The notes under the pieces: model-generated
Database searches by the model: none
Told to the model about the DNA's origin: nothing
What the model saw: only the letters and a program-made list of their open reading frames with translations
Shown: piece after piece, positions 40,983 to 52,955 of the stretch
How the letters are laid out: each line of letters begins with the position of its first letter
Position numbering within the stretch: the stretch's first letter is position 1
NCBI RefSeq assembly: GCF_018977255.1
Contig: NW_024704743.1
Location: forward strand, 39,930,001-39,994,000
Direction: 5' to 3'
DNA from: Callorhinchus milii
Taxonomy: Eukaryota
DNA: 64,000 nt
Translations under genes and position numbers: made by a program

Positions 40983-41028
40983 ATCCAATGTTTCGTACAA
41001 TACATATATATTGTACGAAACATTGGAT
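40983..41028. repeat. Perfect inverted repeat, 20-bp arms with 6-nt loop
   Basis: atccaatgtttcgtacaata-catata-tattgtacgaaacattggat. Confidence 0.95.
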
Positions 41029-41350
41029 GTGGAGTCCTGTAGTTCAGTGGTTAGAGCACTCGCTTTGCAAGTGAGAGACCTGAGTTCAATTCCAGGCAGG
41101 GCGAAGCCTTGGGCAAGTTTCCTTACTCCACACAGAGCCTAATAATAATCCGTCCAAAACCAAAAACAATAATAAATTGGTCATTTCCAATCTACAACTG
41201 TTTGTGGGACATTGCTGTGCGCAATTGGCTGCCGCGATCGCCCAAAATTATACAGTCAATTCACTTTACAGTGTGTTCTGTGAAGCGCTTTGGGACTCCC
41301 GACGTGAAAAGCGCTTTATCAAATTCAACGATTATTATTATTATTATTAT
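41029..41350 (+). mobile_element. Full-length tRNA-derived DeuSINE-type SINE (short subfamily)
   Basis: gtggagtcctgtagttcagtgg... through the (ATT)n/(AT)n tail. Confidence 0.92.
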
Positions 41351-43822
41351 ATATATATATTATGGTAGTTTGGGACATATGTGCATGCAACCACCAGGAA
41401 GATGGAAGGCGAGCTCGATGGACCTTGATCTTTTTTCGTCTAGCATTTCTTATGTTCTTCCCACTAGAAATCCACCTCACTGTTACACGGTGCCTCTTCG
41501 TTGATGGCATTGATGAGTGATTCTTGAGAACTCGCCTTTCTTATTCACTCCTCGGGCCGTGTGGGCTCCCTGCGGGCAGCAAGGCATGGCTGCTGGGAGG
41601 GCCTGAGCCTTCTTGGCTGTGGTGTAGATTGGTGCTGTTGTGCAGGAACTCACTGGAGTCGTACAGACTGAGACAAAGTGCTTGGACACTTAACTCCTCA
41701 CCGTACAAACAGTATTGCAAGTTACTGTGAGCCTGCCTTTGGCTGAGAGATGATTGTAAAGATTTTCAGATACATCAAAGCTCAGCGAGTCCTGCCTTCT
41801 CTGGGAGTGTTCACCTCACCAGTGGCTTATTCACAGGACCAGCTCCGCCCTCTGTAAAGTGATCTCCTCTACCCATGGGCACTACACATTGCCCATCAAT
41901 AATATTTAGCGCCATAAAAGGCTGTCCTGAAATATAATTCCTGGTTGTGACTTTCCGGTTATTTGGGGTTATTTATATCAAAGCCCCAGTTACTGAAAGA
42001 TTGGCATAACTGCTTTTCAGTCTGTCATCCTCATGGAGAGCATAAGCACCAAAAAGGCTGAGTGGACTGAATGGCCTGTTTCCATGCTGTACATTTATGT
42101 GAAATATATCAACAGGAAAGATGCATTTCACCTACAGAACATACAGTCACAACACTTTACAGTGAATCCTGTGAAGCACTTTGAGATATCCTCCCAACAT
42201 GAAACATGTATTATCAAATGTCAAGATTATTTTTATTATTTTATATTATTAATGTTGGGAGCTAAAATTTAAATAAAGCATAAAGCCCTCCTGAGACATT
42301 TTCCTATAAAGACACTATATATATGCAAGCTGATTTTGTTGGCGTAAATAATGAAAAAATACTTAACATGTTAAATTAACAGAAAGCACAATATGAACTT
42401 TCTTAGATAGGAACACAACTCCATTGAGCGTTGGCTACAAAATTCATTTTGTGTTGTATTTCATATTGTGTTTTCAATCTACCTAACAGTGGAAAAATAA
42501 CATAACATGACTCTCAAAAGTTTTTAACAGGAAAGCAATTCCCTAAAACTGTACAAAATGTGTTCAGTATTAACATTAAATCACTTGCAAGTTAATTAAT
42601 TGGCATATCCAAATTTGTTGTTTAAAATCAGAATTCTGTTGATTAATGAATCTATACATTCAGAAATTAGTTCTGAGAGTTATTTGTAATTTCCAAATCA
42701 ATTAGTATATTTAAAGACATATTCTTAATTTATATATGTTAATTAATGTCTAATTAACAGACATAATATATTTATAAATTCAAGTTAGCTGATGAATTGA
42801 TTTAAACTTCAGAGCTGTGAATTTCATTTACTTTAACCTACATTTACTTCAACTCTCAATTTATTTTGATTTTTTTCCACCATTTTCCTTCACTCTCCTT
42901 CTCTATCGCAATTTTTAAATTCACTGCGCATGGTGCCGTTTCTGCCAACCCCCCAGCCAACAATTTATTGTTCATGTGTGACCCTTTATCCTGAGTGCTG
43001 CTGGCAAGCACTTTGAATGTGAGAAACTTTGAGAGCTGAGTCCCAGTTCTGATATTACCTCCAGGCAGCATTGCTGAACCGCCATCAGGAGTGGGAGCCC
43101 TTGCTGATTTCCCCCTCCCCAGCCTGGGTCACTGAGGCCAATCATACTTTGTAAACTGTCAGTCACTGCTGTAAGAAGTAACCTTGCAATCGATTACAAC
43201 AGCATGTCGGGGCACGGATGGCTACCAAATGACTGCTACAGATGCTACAGAGTCAGCACCTGAGTAAGTTATATTGGTCTTAAAATATCAATGAACTCAA
43301 TGCACGCAGAAACAGTGCAAAGCAGTAATTGTTAGTTACTGAACCCGCTAACCTTCTGACCCAGTTGTTAGAGTGCTTTCAACTGAGGAAAGCTGGCACC
43401 TAATGCATTTCTTACAAGAGAAGATATTGTTTTATTGTTGTTAATTTTTAATTGACTAGTTGTATGTATTAACCTTATTAGAGTGTAAGTATGATTATTG
43501 AACAATAAAGATACTCATCTACAATGTTTTTAAACCCCAGGCTTGAAACGGATTGCAGTGAGGGCAGGTTTTGAACTAGTTTTTGAAGAGATTGGTGGAT
43601 GGAAAGGGAAAGGAACTGGTTCCCTTGAAACATGTCAGCCCCAGAATTGTCTCAGACTACCCTCTCCCCTTTGTTCAATGAGGGCAGCAAAGAAGGCCAA
43701 AGGCACCAAAAAGCAGATGTAAAAAAGAAATATATCTTACATGTTTACAAAATATCCTTATGTGCACATTCTTGTGGTGGATCCTCTGCTGAAAATGCTG
43801 GAGTGTCTGTAAATTGTCTTAC

Positions 43823-43940
43823 CTTCATTGTCCCGTACTGTAAAGTTTGGGTTTGGAGGAAACTCCGTAGCTAGAGAGAAATGAAACCTGGGTCCATTTG
43901 CAAAGTCATCCTCATCGATAGCCATCACTCTTTGAATCAC
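43823..43940 (-). CDS. CDH18: Cadherin-18 coding exon (118 bp; EC5: VIQRVMAIDEDDFANGPRFHFSLATEFPPNPNFTVRDNE)
   Basis: ORF 43758..43958; acceptor atttcag|GTG, donor AAG|gtaaga; DDFANGPRF is characteristic of CDH18. Confidence 0.95.
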
Positions 43941-44676
43941 CTGAAATAAGAAACACAATGGTAATCAGAGTGATGTTTTCATCTGTATAATAACAGACAT
44001 TACATTACATTACAACAAAACCATCTTTATTCAGGATTTGATGTAAAAATGACCCAGTGACTAAATTGCCATGAGACCCAATAGGAGTCACAACAACAAA
44101 GCAACAGAAGCACTCTATATCACTCTCGATGAAATGCATAACTGCATGAACTGCACTCCACAGAATGTAATTCTAGGGCAGAGTTCCCAGGGATCATTGT
44201 AAATTAATTCCAGTTATTAGAAGGAGTTGCTATATACAATATATTATTTGAGAATTACTGCAATTTAGACCTTAGATATTTTTTAACATGTAAAGTAAAC
44301 AAGTGTTGCATTAGCATAAATATTTTATTGTATATTGTCTGCAACATAAAGCAAGACAAAAGGTTATGGATTATAAATATGGATTATCCTTTTATTTGTT
44401 AAACTTCCTATAACATAAAAATAACTCAAAACACTTCACAGGTAATTGCTGTGAAGAGAAGTGACTTGTGTATTTGTACATAAAAACACAGGATAATAAT
44501 AAATAATAATAATAATCCTGGGATTTGATATAGTGCTTTTAAAGTCTCAAACTCCTTGACAGGTTTTACTGTTATGTATATTGACTGTATATTCTGTAAT
44601 TGATGCTTTACTTTCTCTTTTGATTCACTATTTTGTAAGCTTGTGAATATTGCAAATGGAAATGTGAGTTGCATAC

Positions 44677-44798
44677 TTGTCCAGGTTTGGCATTCTCACA
44701 AACAACTGTGTCATAATCCTTGGCAAGCTCCGGTTTGTTGTCATTAACATCAAGAACTCGAATAGCAACTGGAACTTGGGTGAGCTGAGTTGGATTGT
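44677..44798 (-). CDS. CDH18: Cadherin-18 coding exon (122 bp; DNPTQLTQVPVAIRVLDVNDNKPELAKDYDTVVCENAKPGQ)
   Basis: ORF 44608..44811; acceptor ttttcag|AC, donor CAA|gtatgc; DVNDN motif. Confidence 0.95.
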
Positions 44799-45599
44799 CT
44801 GAAAAATACAAAGGTCATTACAAAACAAGCCTCTATTTTTGTCTCCAATCTTCTGCCTTCTCAACTCATCCGCTACAAATCTCACCAGGTTTAGCATTGA
44901 TAAGTCAAAAATAATTTCTAAGTAAGGTGCCAGAAAAAAATATTAAGTTTCAATGTGTAGAAAAGTGTCATCATTTAATTGTTATTTTTATTTTCTATTT
45001 AGCAGCAAACAAAAGTGTGTTGATTTAATTTTCCACTGCATCAGAGAGATAATAACCCTTACATTTGATATTGTGATTTATTATGCTGTTGAGATGCCTC
45101 GAAGTGCTTCACAGGAATTATCTTAAAGTAGTGCCTATTTTTGTAGGTGAATGTGGTAACACATTACACACAGCAATGTCTTACACAAGCCATGAAATAA
45201 ATGACCAATTCTTTTTGGGGGACTGCTAGCCAGGAGAATAATCTTTAATCATTTTATCAATCTTTTAGAGTATTTGAGGGAGTTGGCATGTTGCGAAATG
45301 GAAATGTTCTCTGCTTTAGACATAGATGTTAATACCATGGAATCCCAGGTGAAGTGCAGCATAGCTCAAAAATAAACAATGATCTTTACATTTGATATTA
45401 AACATGCTCAAGTGCTTCACAGTAATTACCATTAACTGAATGACTGTATTTGTGGGTAAGCACGGTAGCCAAATTGTACTCTAACAGCCAGGAGGTGAAT
45501 GAGCACTTTAACTGGAAATTGTACCTGGACAACCTCCCTTCTTGAGTATCCAATGGACATATATTTAGTGATTTTCGAATAAACGAATGAACGAACAAA

Positions 45600-47510
45600 C
45601 AATCGAACATTTGTATAGCGCCTTTCACTTCGGGAGGATGTCCCAAGGCGCTGGATAATCAGTGTTTTGAACCCGAGCTGGCGGTCGGGATCGGAGAGGG
45701 TGGAGGACAGGGGGGTAAGCAGGGTGACCGAAGCACGGTCGAAGAGGAGGGTCTTCAGATGGGTCTTGAAGGAGGCGACGGAGGGGGTGAGGCGGAGGGA
45801 TTGTGGGATGGAGTTCCAAAAGGTGGAGGCAGAAGGCCCGTCCGCCGATGGTGGGATGGGTGAGGCGGGGGACATGAAGTAGGCTGGAGCCCTCTGAGCG
45901 GAGGGTGTGGGCAGATTGGTAGGGAGTTAAGAGATAGCAGAGGTAGGAGGGAGCAAGGACATGGAGGGCTTTGAAGGTGAGGACCAGGATCTTGAACTCT
46001 ATCCTCTGTGGGATGGAAAGCCAGTGAAATCAGCGGGAATGGGGATGATAGGGTCGCGGATCCTGGTGCAGGAGAGTACATTGGCTGCAGGGTTCTAGAT
46101 GATCTGCACCCAACTGAGGGAGGAGTTGGGGAGGCCGATAAGTAGGGAGCTTGTGTAGTCAAGTCTGGATGTTATGAATGCGTGTGTGTCTCGGGGGCCT
46201 GCGGTATGAGACAGTGGCGGAGCCGGGTGGTGTTATTGAGGTGGGGGAAGGCGGAGTGGGTCTTGGCATGAATTTGTGGTTCAAAGGATAGTTCAGGGTC
46301 AAACAAGAGATGCCAAGGTTTCGGACTGGCTCACTAAGGTGGAGTGTGCATCCTCGGATGGTGATGCTGTCCGTGCCTGAGATGTGGAGGCGCTGACGGG
46401 AGACAATCAGGAGGGCCTCGGTCTTGTTGACTTTCAACTGTTAGTTCTCATCCAGGACTTGACATCTGGCAGACATTCTGTCAGGACAGCAGTGGTCCTG
46501 GAGTCAAGGGTGGAGGCAGAGAGGTAGAGTTGGGTGTGATCTGTATACATGTGGAAGTTGACCCCATTTCTGCGGGTGATGTCACTAAGAAGGAGCGTAA
46601 GATATTGAAGAGGAGAGGGCCAAGGACAAAGCCCGGAGGGACCCTGCACAAGACGATGCTGGGACTAGAGGAGAAGTCGTTGTGGAGATGAAATGGAGAC
46701 AGTGTGAGAGGTAGGATCTGAACCAGTCAAGGACAGAACCATAAAGTTTTTAGGTGAGAGGAGAGGTGGTGGAAGAGGCAGCAGAGAGTTCAAGGAGGAC
46801 AAGGAGGCAGATGAACAAAGGGGCATTTGTAACTTTTCCCAAAGCTGTTTCTGTGCCGTGGGCGACACAGAAACCTGATTTGAGGGATTTGTGGGAGAGG
46901 AAGAAGTGAAGCTAGGAAGCAACAACTCGTTTCAAGACCTTGGTAAGGAAAGGGAGGTTGGAGATGTGGCATTGGTTTGAGAGCAGGGTTTTTAAGAATA
47001 GGAGGGGTCCAAGCAGGGTTTTTTAAGAATAGGAGTGATGATGGACGTTTTTAGAGGGTGGTAACTGTGCCAGTGGACAGCAAGAGGATTATGATGTCTG
47101 TGAGTAGCAGGGCAAGGATGCAGAGCCGGGAGGTAAGGAGGGTGGTAAGGATGGGTTTGAGGGAGCAGGTGCTCAGTTTCATGTGGGTTATGGTGATGGT
47201 GAGAGAGGAGGGGGAGACAGGTTCGTAGGTGTAGATGGAGGGATGGGTAGGGGCTGGGGTGTGACGGGGCGATGGGGAGGGGATAGTAGTAGCAAGGGCA
47301 GATGCAGCTGAGTGGATCCCCTCAACTTTGTTTCGAGGAAGTCCAGCATCACCTTGCAGTTGGTGTTGGAGGAGAGGATGGGCGAGGCATGAGAGGGTGG
47401 GCGGAGGAGCTGATTGGTGATGGAGAAGAGTAGTCTAGGGTGGTCCTTGGCTTCCAAGATTCTCTTGGAGTAGAAGGATGGAGGCGAGGATGGAGCTGCA
47501 AGTTTTAATC
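45600..47510 (-). mobile_element. L2 LINE, about 1.9-kb decayed 3' fragment in a CDH18 intron
   Basis: HPRLLFSITNQLL, NFHMYTDHTQLYLS, KTEALLI, VRNLG and FWNSIPQSLR motifs; L2 tail at 45608-45655. Confidence 0.92.
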
Positions 47511-47684
47511 TGGAGGACATCTAAAACATGTTTTTGAATAGTGTCATGGGTTTTTTAGTGTTCAACTGCAAAAGTAAGACTGCAAGGGAAATAGTCCACC
47601 ATAAAGACACTACAGTGTCCAAGCCAATTGATCAAGATTAATAAGTTTACTAAAGTTAAGAAAACTTTTTACTCTCATACTTAC

Positions 47685-47821
47685 CAAGCTCTGATGCAAT
47701 GACTGAGATGTTGTGCCAAGGCATACTTTCTCTGTCTAGTTGCTTTGCAGTCTTAATAGCTCCACTGTTGGCATCTATATTGAAATACCTCTCTGTGGAT
47801 TCACTGCGCTCAATGAAATAT
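47685..47821 (-). CDS. CDH18: Cadherin-18 coding exon (137 bp; EC4: YFIERSESTERYFNIDANSGAIKTAKQLDRESMPWHNISVIASEL)
   Basis: ORF 47656..47880; acceptor catttag|A, donor TTG|gtaagt; LDRE motif; phase 2-1. Confidence 0.95.
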
Positions 47822-50224
47822 CTAAATGAAGGAAGATATTGTTTCAAATTTACTTGAAGATTCAAAGATACAAGACACAAAATAACAAAGTGTACAAGAA
47901 AAGAATGATAAATCTTGCTTGAATTATGTAGATTAAGTCTAAATGATTTATTGCTTTGTCTGCCATTCTACTTTCTCATTTAAAACAAGGTCTATAATTT
48001 CTTTCATTTAAGACAGATTTGCAGCTATACTAAAGAACATAGCCAGAAACTTAACTGCAACTAGTAACAAAACAGAAAGATCAGGAAATAAAATCTTCAG
48101 TAATTCCATAAATTTAGAAAGGAATTAGACATTTGAAGAATTTACATAGAATGTACACCACACTTTCAGCCCAGCTAATCTGTGCCAGTGTTTATAACCT
48201 CTACCATTGCAACCGTTGAACAGTCTGGGGAGCACGCAGGAAGTGGAATAGTTAAGTTGGCTCATGTGGAGAAACACATCAGCACAGACTTCATGCCCAA
48301 ATGGCCCATTTTTGTAAAGTAACATTCTAAGATTCTCCATGAAGAGGTGATCTAATCGGGCAAGAAGGAGAGATTGATGTGTGCCAAAAGCATGGCCTGA
48401 AAATTTCACAGTTCGACAATTACTCAGATAGCTTTCCCAAATCTGGTGTAAAACAAAGCAACATCAACTTGCGAGGACAATCTGTGTGTGTTTCTCCTCC
48501 TGACATCATTCGTCACACTTCAAAATACAGTCGTATGCATTCATGTCATATTTTATGGCAGATACAATCAGCCAGCTGATTGACCCATGGATTTCTCAGA
48601 CAGTGTGTAATAGAGAAACATGTGGTGGACAAAGATGTAAAATAAATAACATGTACAATGTATTCCAGCTTTGTATTAATGACCACCACGACAGCATATT
48701 AACCATAACTACTGTATTCGATTTTCAGTTGAATACCAGATATAATGATCCATTCATTTGATATAGTCCATTATCACATCATCAAAACATCTCTAATTAC
48801 TTTTAGATTTGATTGCATGCTGACTGTATATTTGTAGGCAAATGTGGTAATTAATTTGCAAACAGCAATGTTTTGCGAACAGTCATGAAGTGAATGATCA
48901 ATTTTATCTGGGGGATTGTTGACTAAACCAATTGAGACATACTAATTCAAATTAAAGCTTATTGAATGAAGTTAACCACCTGTAGCGGTCTCGGTAGTAC
49001 AGTTCCTGAGCTAGGAGGGTCCGCAGTATTCTACAGCACTGCTGATGACAGACCAGCCCTCCTGGCTCATTGGTAGGACTTGAAGGGCAGACTGGTGGTC
49101 ACAGGGAATGAGGATTTTTCCCACTTGGATACTATTAACCCTGCAAACCAAAGCAGGAAGTTTTTGTTGGCTTCCTGCAAGCTGTGTAGGCCACCTTGCT
49201 AACCAAAAGAAATCACACATACAATATATATCCAATTCTTTTTCCTTATATCTGTGTGATGGTTTCTTTAAAACTTCTGCCATCAGAAGTCTAGAGGACT
49301 AATTTAAGGAACAACTGTTCCACAGCCCCCCGAGAGTTTGGACACTGTCTTGGGAGTTGGAGGCAGGCTAAAGATGTAGACAAGGGTTTAAATGATATAA
49401 CTCATCTGGAGCTACTAAACTATAGATTCTCTGATCCATTGAGCCTCCACTTGCCTTGCACATTTAATTTTCTTGTTTTTCAGTTTGCTGAGAATGTAGG
49501 AAAATCTGTCCAATGAAATTTTGGAAGGCAAAATACAACTTTCAAACAGCACAGATATAATGAAATTCAGTGTGGATGACATTTGTCTTGTTGCATTACA
49601 CTTTCATTGTGATAATTAGCACAGTGTGTTCTTTTTGTCAGCTATCACAAGCAACACTTCATGAAAGTTGAAGATTTTACTCTGATGCCTTCAAACTACA
49701 ACTCCACAGCGATCAGCTTCCACTATCATTTTACTGATTCTGGCTCAACAATGAAATGAAAGGAAAAGGAAAGATGAAGGTGTTAGAACATTACATGGTA
49801 AATTCTGAACTCTATCCTTTGAAGACTGCTGTGATCAATGTTTAAAATTGTCACTGTGGCTTTGTTTTGAAGACAAAACAGCTATATTTGGCGATTGAAT
49901 TCAACAGTTGCCCATCTTAGGCAATTCGCCCAAAAGAAAGAAGTCACTTGATATGGTTTGATAGCTATTTAGTTATGTAACACTGACTGCAAGCCGTTAA
50001 GGAAAGGTGCTATTTTATCAATATTTGCCAGGTCCTGTAATGATCTAAAATATATGCCTCCATTCCATCATATATTTGGCCTCAGTGCTATGGTCAGATT
50101 ATCAGCAAATCGGGCTAAACTGTGGCTTTGACCTACACCGTATTCCCAACCAAAGCTGCAGTAATATAAACAAGAGTGTAATAGTAGGTAACTTTGCTGT
50201 TTTAGAACATAGGTTTCTAAGCAC

Positions 50225-50390
50225 AAATCAATCCACAACTTTTTGGGGACACTGCTGTGAGCACTTGGCTGCTGTGTTTTTCCCACAAAATATATAGTCA
50301 ATTCACTTTACAATATATTCTGTGAAGCGCTTTGAGACACCCCGAAGATGTTATAAGGTGCTATATCAAATGCAAGGATTATTATTTATT
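50225..50390 (+). mobile_element. SINE 3' half
   Basis: Deu core remnant plus aagcgctttgagac...aaatgcaaggattatt. Confidence 0.8.
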
Positions 50391-50566
50391 ATCATCAATT
50401 AGATTTTATCTGAAAATGTGATCCAACTGAAATTAATTTGTCCATAGCACAGGAAATATGTGGAGTTATAACACTGGAACTGCTTTGCATCTATGTCATG
50501 TTACTGAGAAGAACCATTTTTGAGCAAAGACCAAATAATAATAATAATTCTTGTTGAGTGTTGTTG

Positions 50567-50919
50567 ATAATAATTCTTGTGTTTGATACAGTGCCTTATA
50601 ATGTCTTTAAGATGTCTCAAAATGTTTCACAGAATATACTGTAAAGTGAATTAACTGTATATTATGTAGGTGAAATGAGGCAGCTAATTGTACACAGTGT
50701 CCCACAAACAGTTGTGGATTGAAGTGATAAATTTTTTTTGAAGAAATTATTTCCTCGGAAAAGCAATCCACCAATCGACTAACAACTGGGTTCCTACTTA
50801 CTGCTCGGTAAACAGAGGCGAGTAAGGAAACTTGCTCAACATTTTGCTCTGCCAGGAATCGAACCCAGATCTCCGGCTTGCGAGGCAAGTGTTCTAACCT
50901 CTGAGCTACAGGATTCCAC
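50567..50919 (-). mobile_element. tRNA-derived SINE (long subfamily)
   Basis: Head tggaatcctgtagctcagagg, aagtaggaacc insert, tail. Confidence 0.88.
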
Positions 50920-51987
50920 ATTGATTTGCAAATTCACCCATTTTATTGCAGATATTGAACTTTGGCAAAAGCTCAAGGAGAGTGAGCACAAGCACCAAAC
51001 TCTGGCTTGAATCAGCATTCCTCAAATCTAAAACCTAATTTCAATTTTGTTTTTTGCAGTGACTTACTTGGTCCAATTTTTATATCAAATATACACAAAA
51101 AGCACCACAATAAAATAGACATAACACTGTCTGCATACCTCATTCTCGTGGGCTCAATGGTTGGAATTAGCAATTCAGTGTCAAGCTATGCACCATATTA
51201 CAGCTGTCAATTCAATAGGATGAAGCTGTTGCAAACATATTTCACTCGATCTGTCTGAGCACAATTCAAACCGACAGCCCAGAGTTAGAGGGAGGTGTGC
51301 AAATTCACTGAAACACTCATTCTTCATTTATACGCCTTTGCTTTATATTGAAGTCAAAAGACAAATTGACGGGCATATGCAATTGATGATGTAAAGTTAC
51401 CATTGCATCACATTCTTCATTTTCAAACCCAGCAAAATGTCTTCTGGTCAGTTTATCAAGTACCATGGCCTTTTAACTTAATGTGAAAAAGAAAACTAAT
51501 TTTCAGTGAAAGCTGGAGCTAAATTATTCACAGCTTTTTTTTCAAAACCCCTTGAGTGTTTAAATATCAAAACTAGTGAGAGTCGTTTCTGAGCAGAAAA
51601 AATTACAGCCATTACTCCTGCCACTAGATTACATATTGTATTGATTTCATGACTGGAGGACTATTTTCTCTTGTGGAGTCTGGACATGTTTGAATTTAAG
51701 ACAAATCAATGCCTCAGCCTGGGCTGTTTTTCCTTAATTCACAGATAACATCAGCTATTTCTGCAATTGTCAGTTGAATTCTGGTCAAGGCAACATTGGT
51801 CTTTCAAGCAGAAGCTTAGAATGATATTTATCACCAATAAATTGGAAATTAATTACATGTTTACACCCCTTTAGTAGCATCTGCACAGGATGTTAGTTAC
51901 ATTATCAGCACATTTTAAGCCATAGGCTTGTGATATTCTGTCTCTCTCATATGCTGCCTATTTTAAAAACAAAAATATATGAAAATA

Positions 51988-52220
51988 AATTCCATCTGGG
52001 TCTAGATTTACTCTATTTATATAGCATTCAGAACATCCACAATTTATTAAATTATTAATACAGCCTTGCTTTTGAAGCTTTTTTTTCTATATGTTTAAGA
52101 ACTACAGGAAACCAACTTCAAAGCTGAAATCAAATTCAACATTTTAATCTTTGGATTTTGCCAAATTTTGGAAACTGAAATCTACATAAATAGAGTGTAT
52201 CTAGTCACAGGTAGAATTTT
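51988..52220. mobile_element. Putative old MITE with imperfect ~33-bp terminal inverted repeats
   Basis: aattccatctgggtctagatttactctattta ... taaatagagtgtatctagtcacaggtagaatt; the terminus recurs at 19737-19770. Confidence 0.55.
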
Positions 52221-52599
52221 GTGCCCAATAAATTCTACATACAATTCTTCCCACTGAATTCTCCCTCCTCTTTCCCTTTTCAATCAACATTATCTTGATC
52301 ATTGTATGTCTGATCTCTAAGTTCCAGGTATAGGGCATTGTCCTAAAGGTATCCAAGGAACCACATTCTGATGAAACCCAAACTTATTGCAACAGTGTCT
52401 ATATTTTCGTGTAACCCCCTCTGCTCTTCTGGAACAGAGCATTCCACACTTCCACAACCCACTGGGTAAGTAAACAATAAATAATTCTCACATTTGATAT
52501 GATGCATTCTACGTCGGAAGGGCAGCTCAAAGCACCTCACCGGATGTATTATAAAATGTAGCGACTGCGTATTTTGCAGGCAAAATGCATCCTAACCTC

Positions 52600-52955
52600 A
52601 GTTCTAACTTTCTTAATTCTAATTTTATAATCGAACCCTCCACCAGAGAGAAGAGTCATCCACTATTTGAAGTGTCAATTTAGACCCTTTAACCTGTCAA
52701 TTCCTTTCATTATTTTGAATTCCTCAATCAAATCACCCTTGAATGTCCTCTGTTCTTCGGAATATAATCATGTTATCCTCTCTTCTAAACCGTTCACCCA
52801 GGCATTAATCTAGTAAACTGGACAACTTCTAAGCCTACTATGTCTTCCTAAGATTGGGTGCCCAAAGTTGCACACAGTCCTCCAAATGTGTCTACCCAGC
52901 ACTCCATATAACTGGAGCAGTAACTTCTTAATTTTATATCCTAGTACTCTTGTAA
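52600..52955 (-). mobile_element. Old CR1 fragment
   Basis: LLQLYGVLGRH-type and FKGDLIEEFKIMKG-type remnants. Confidence 0.65.
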
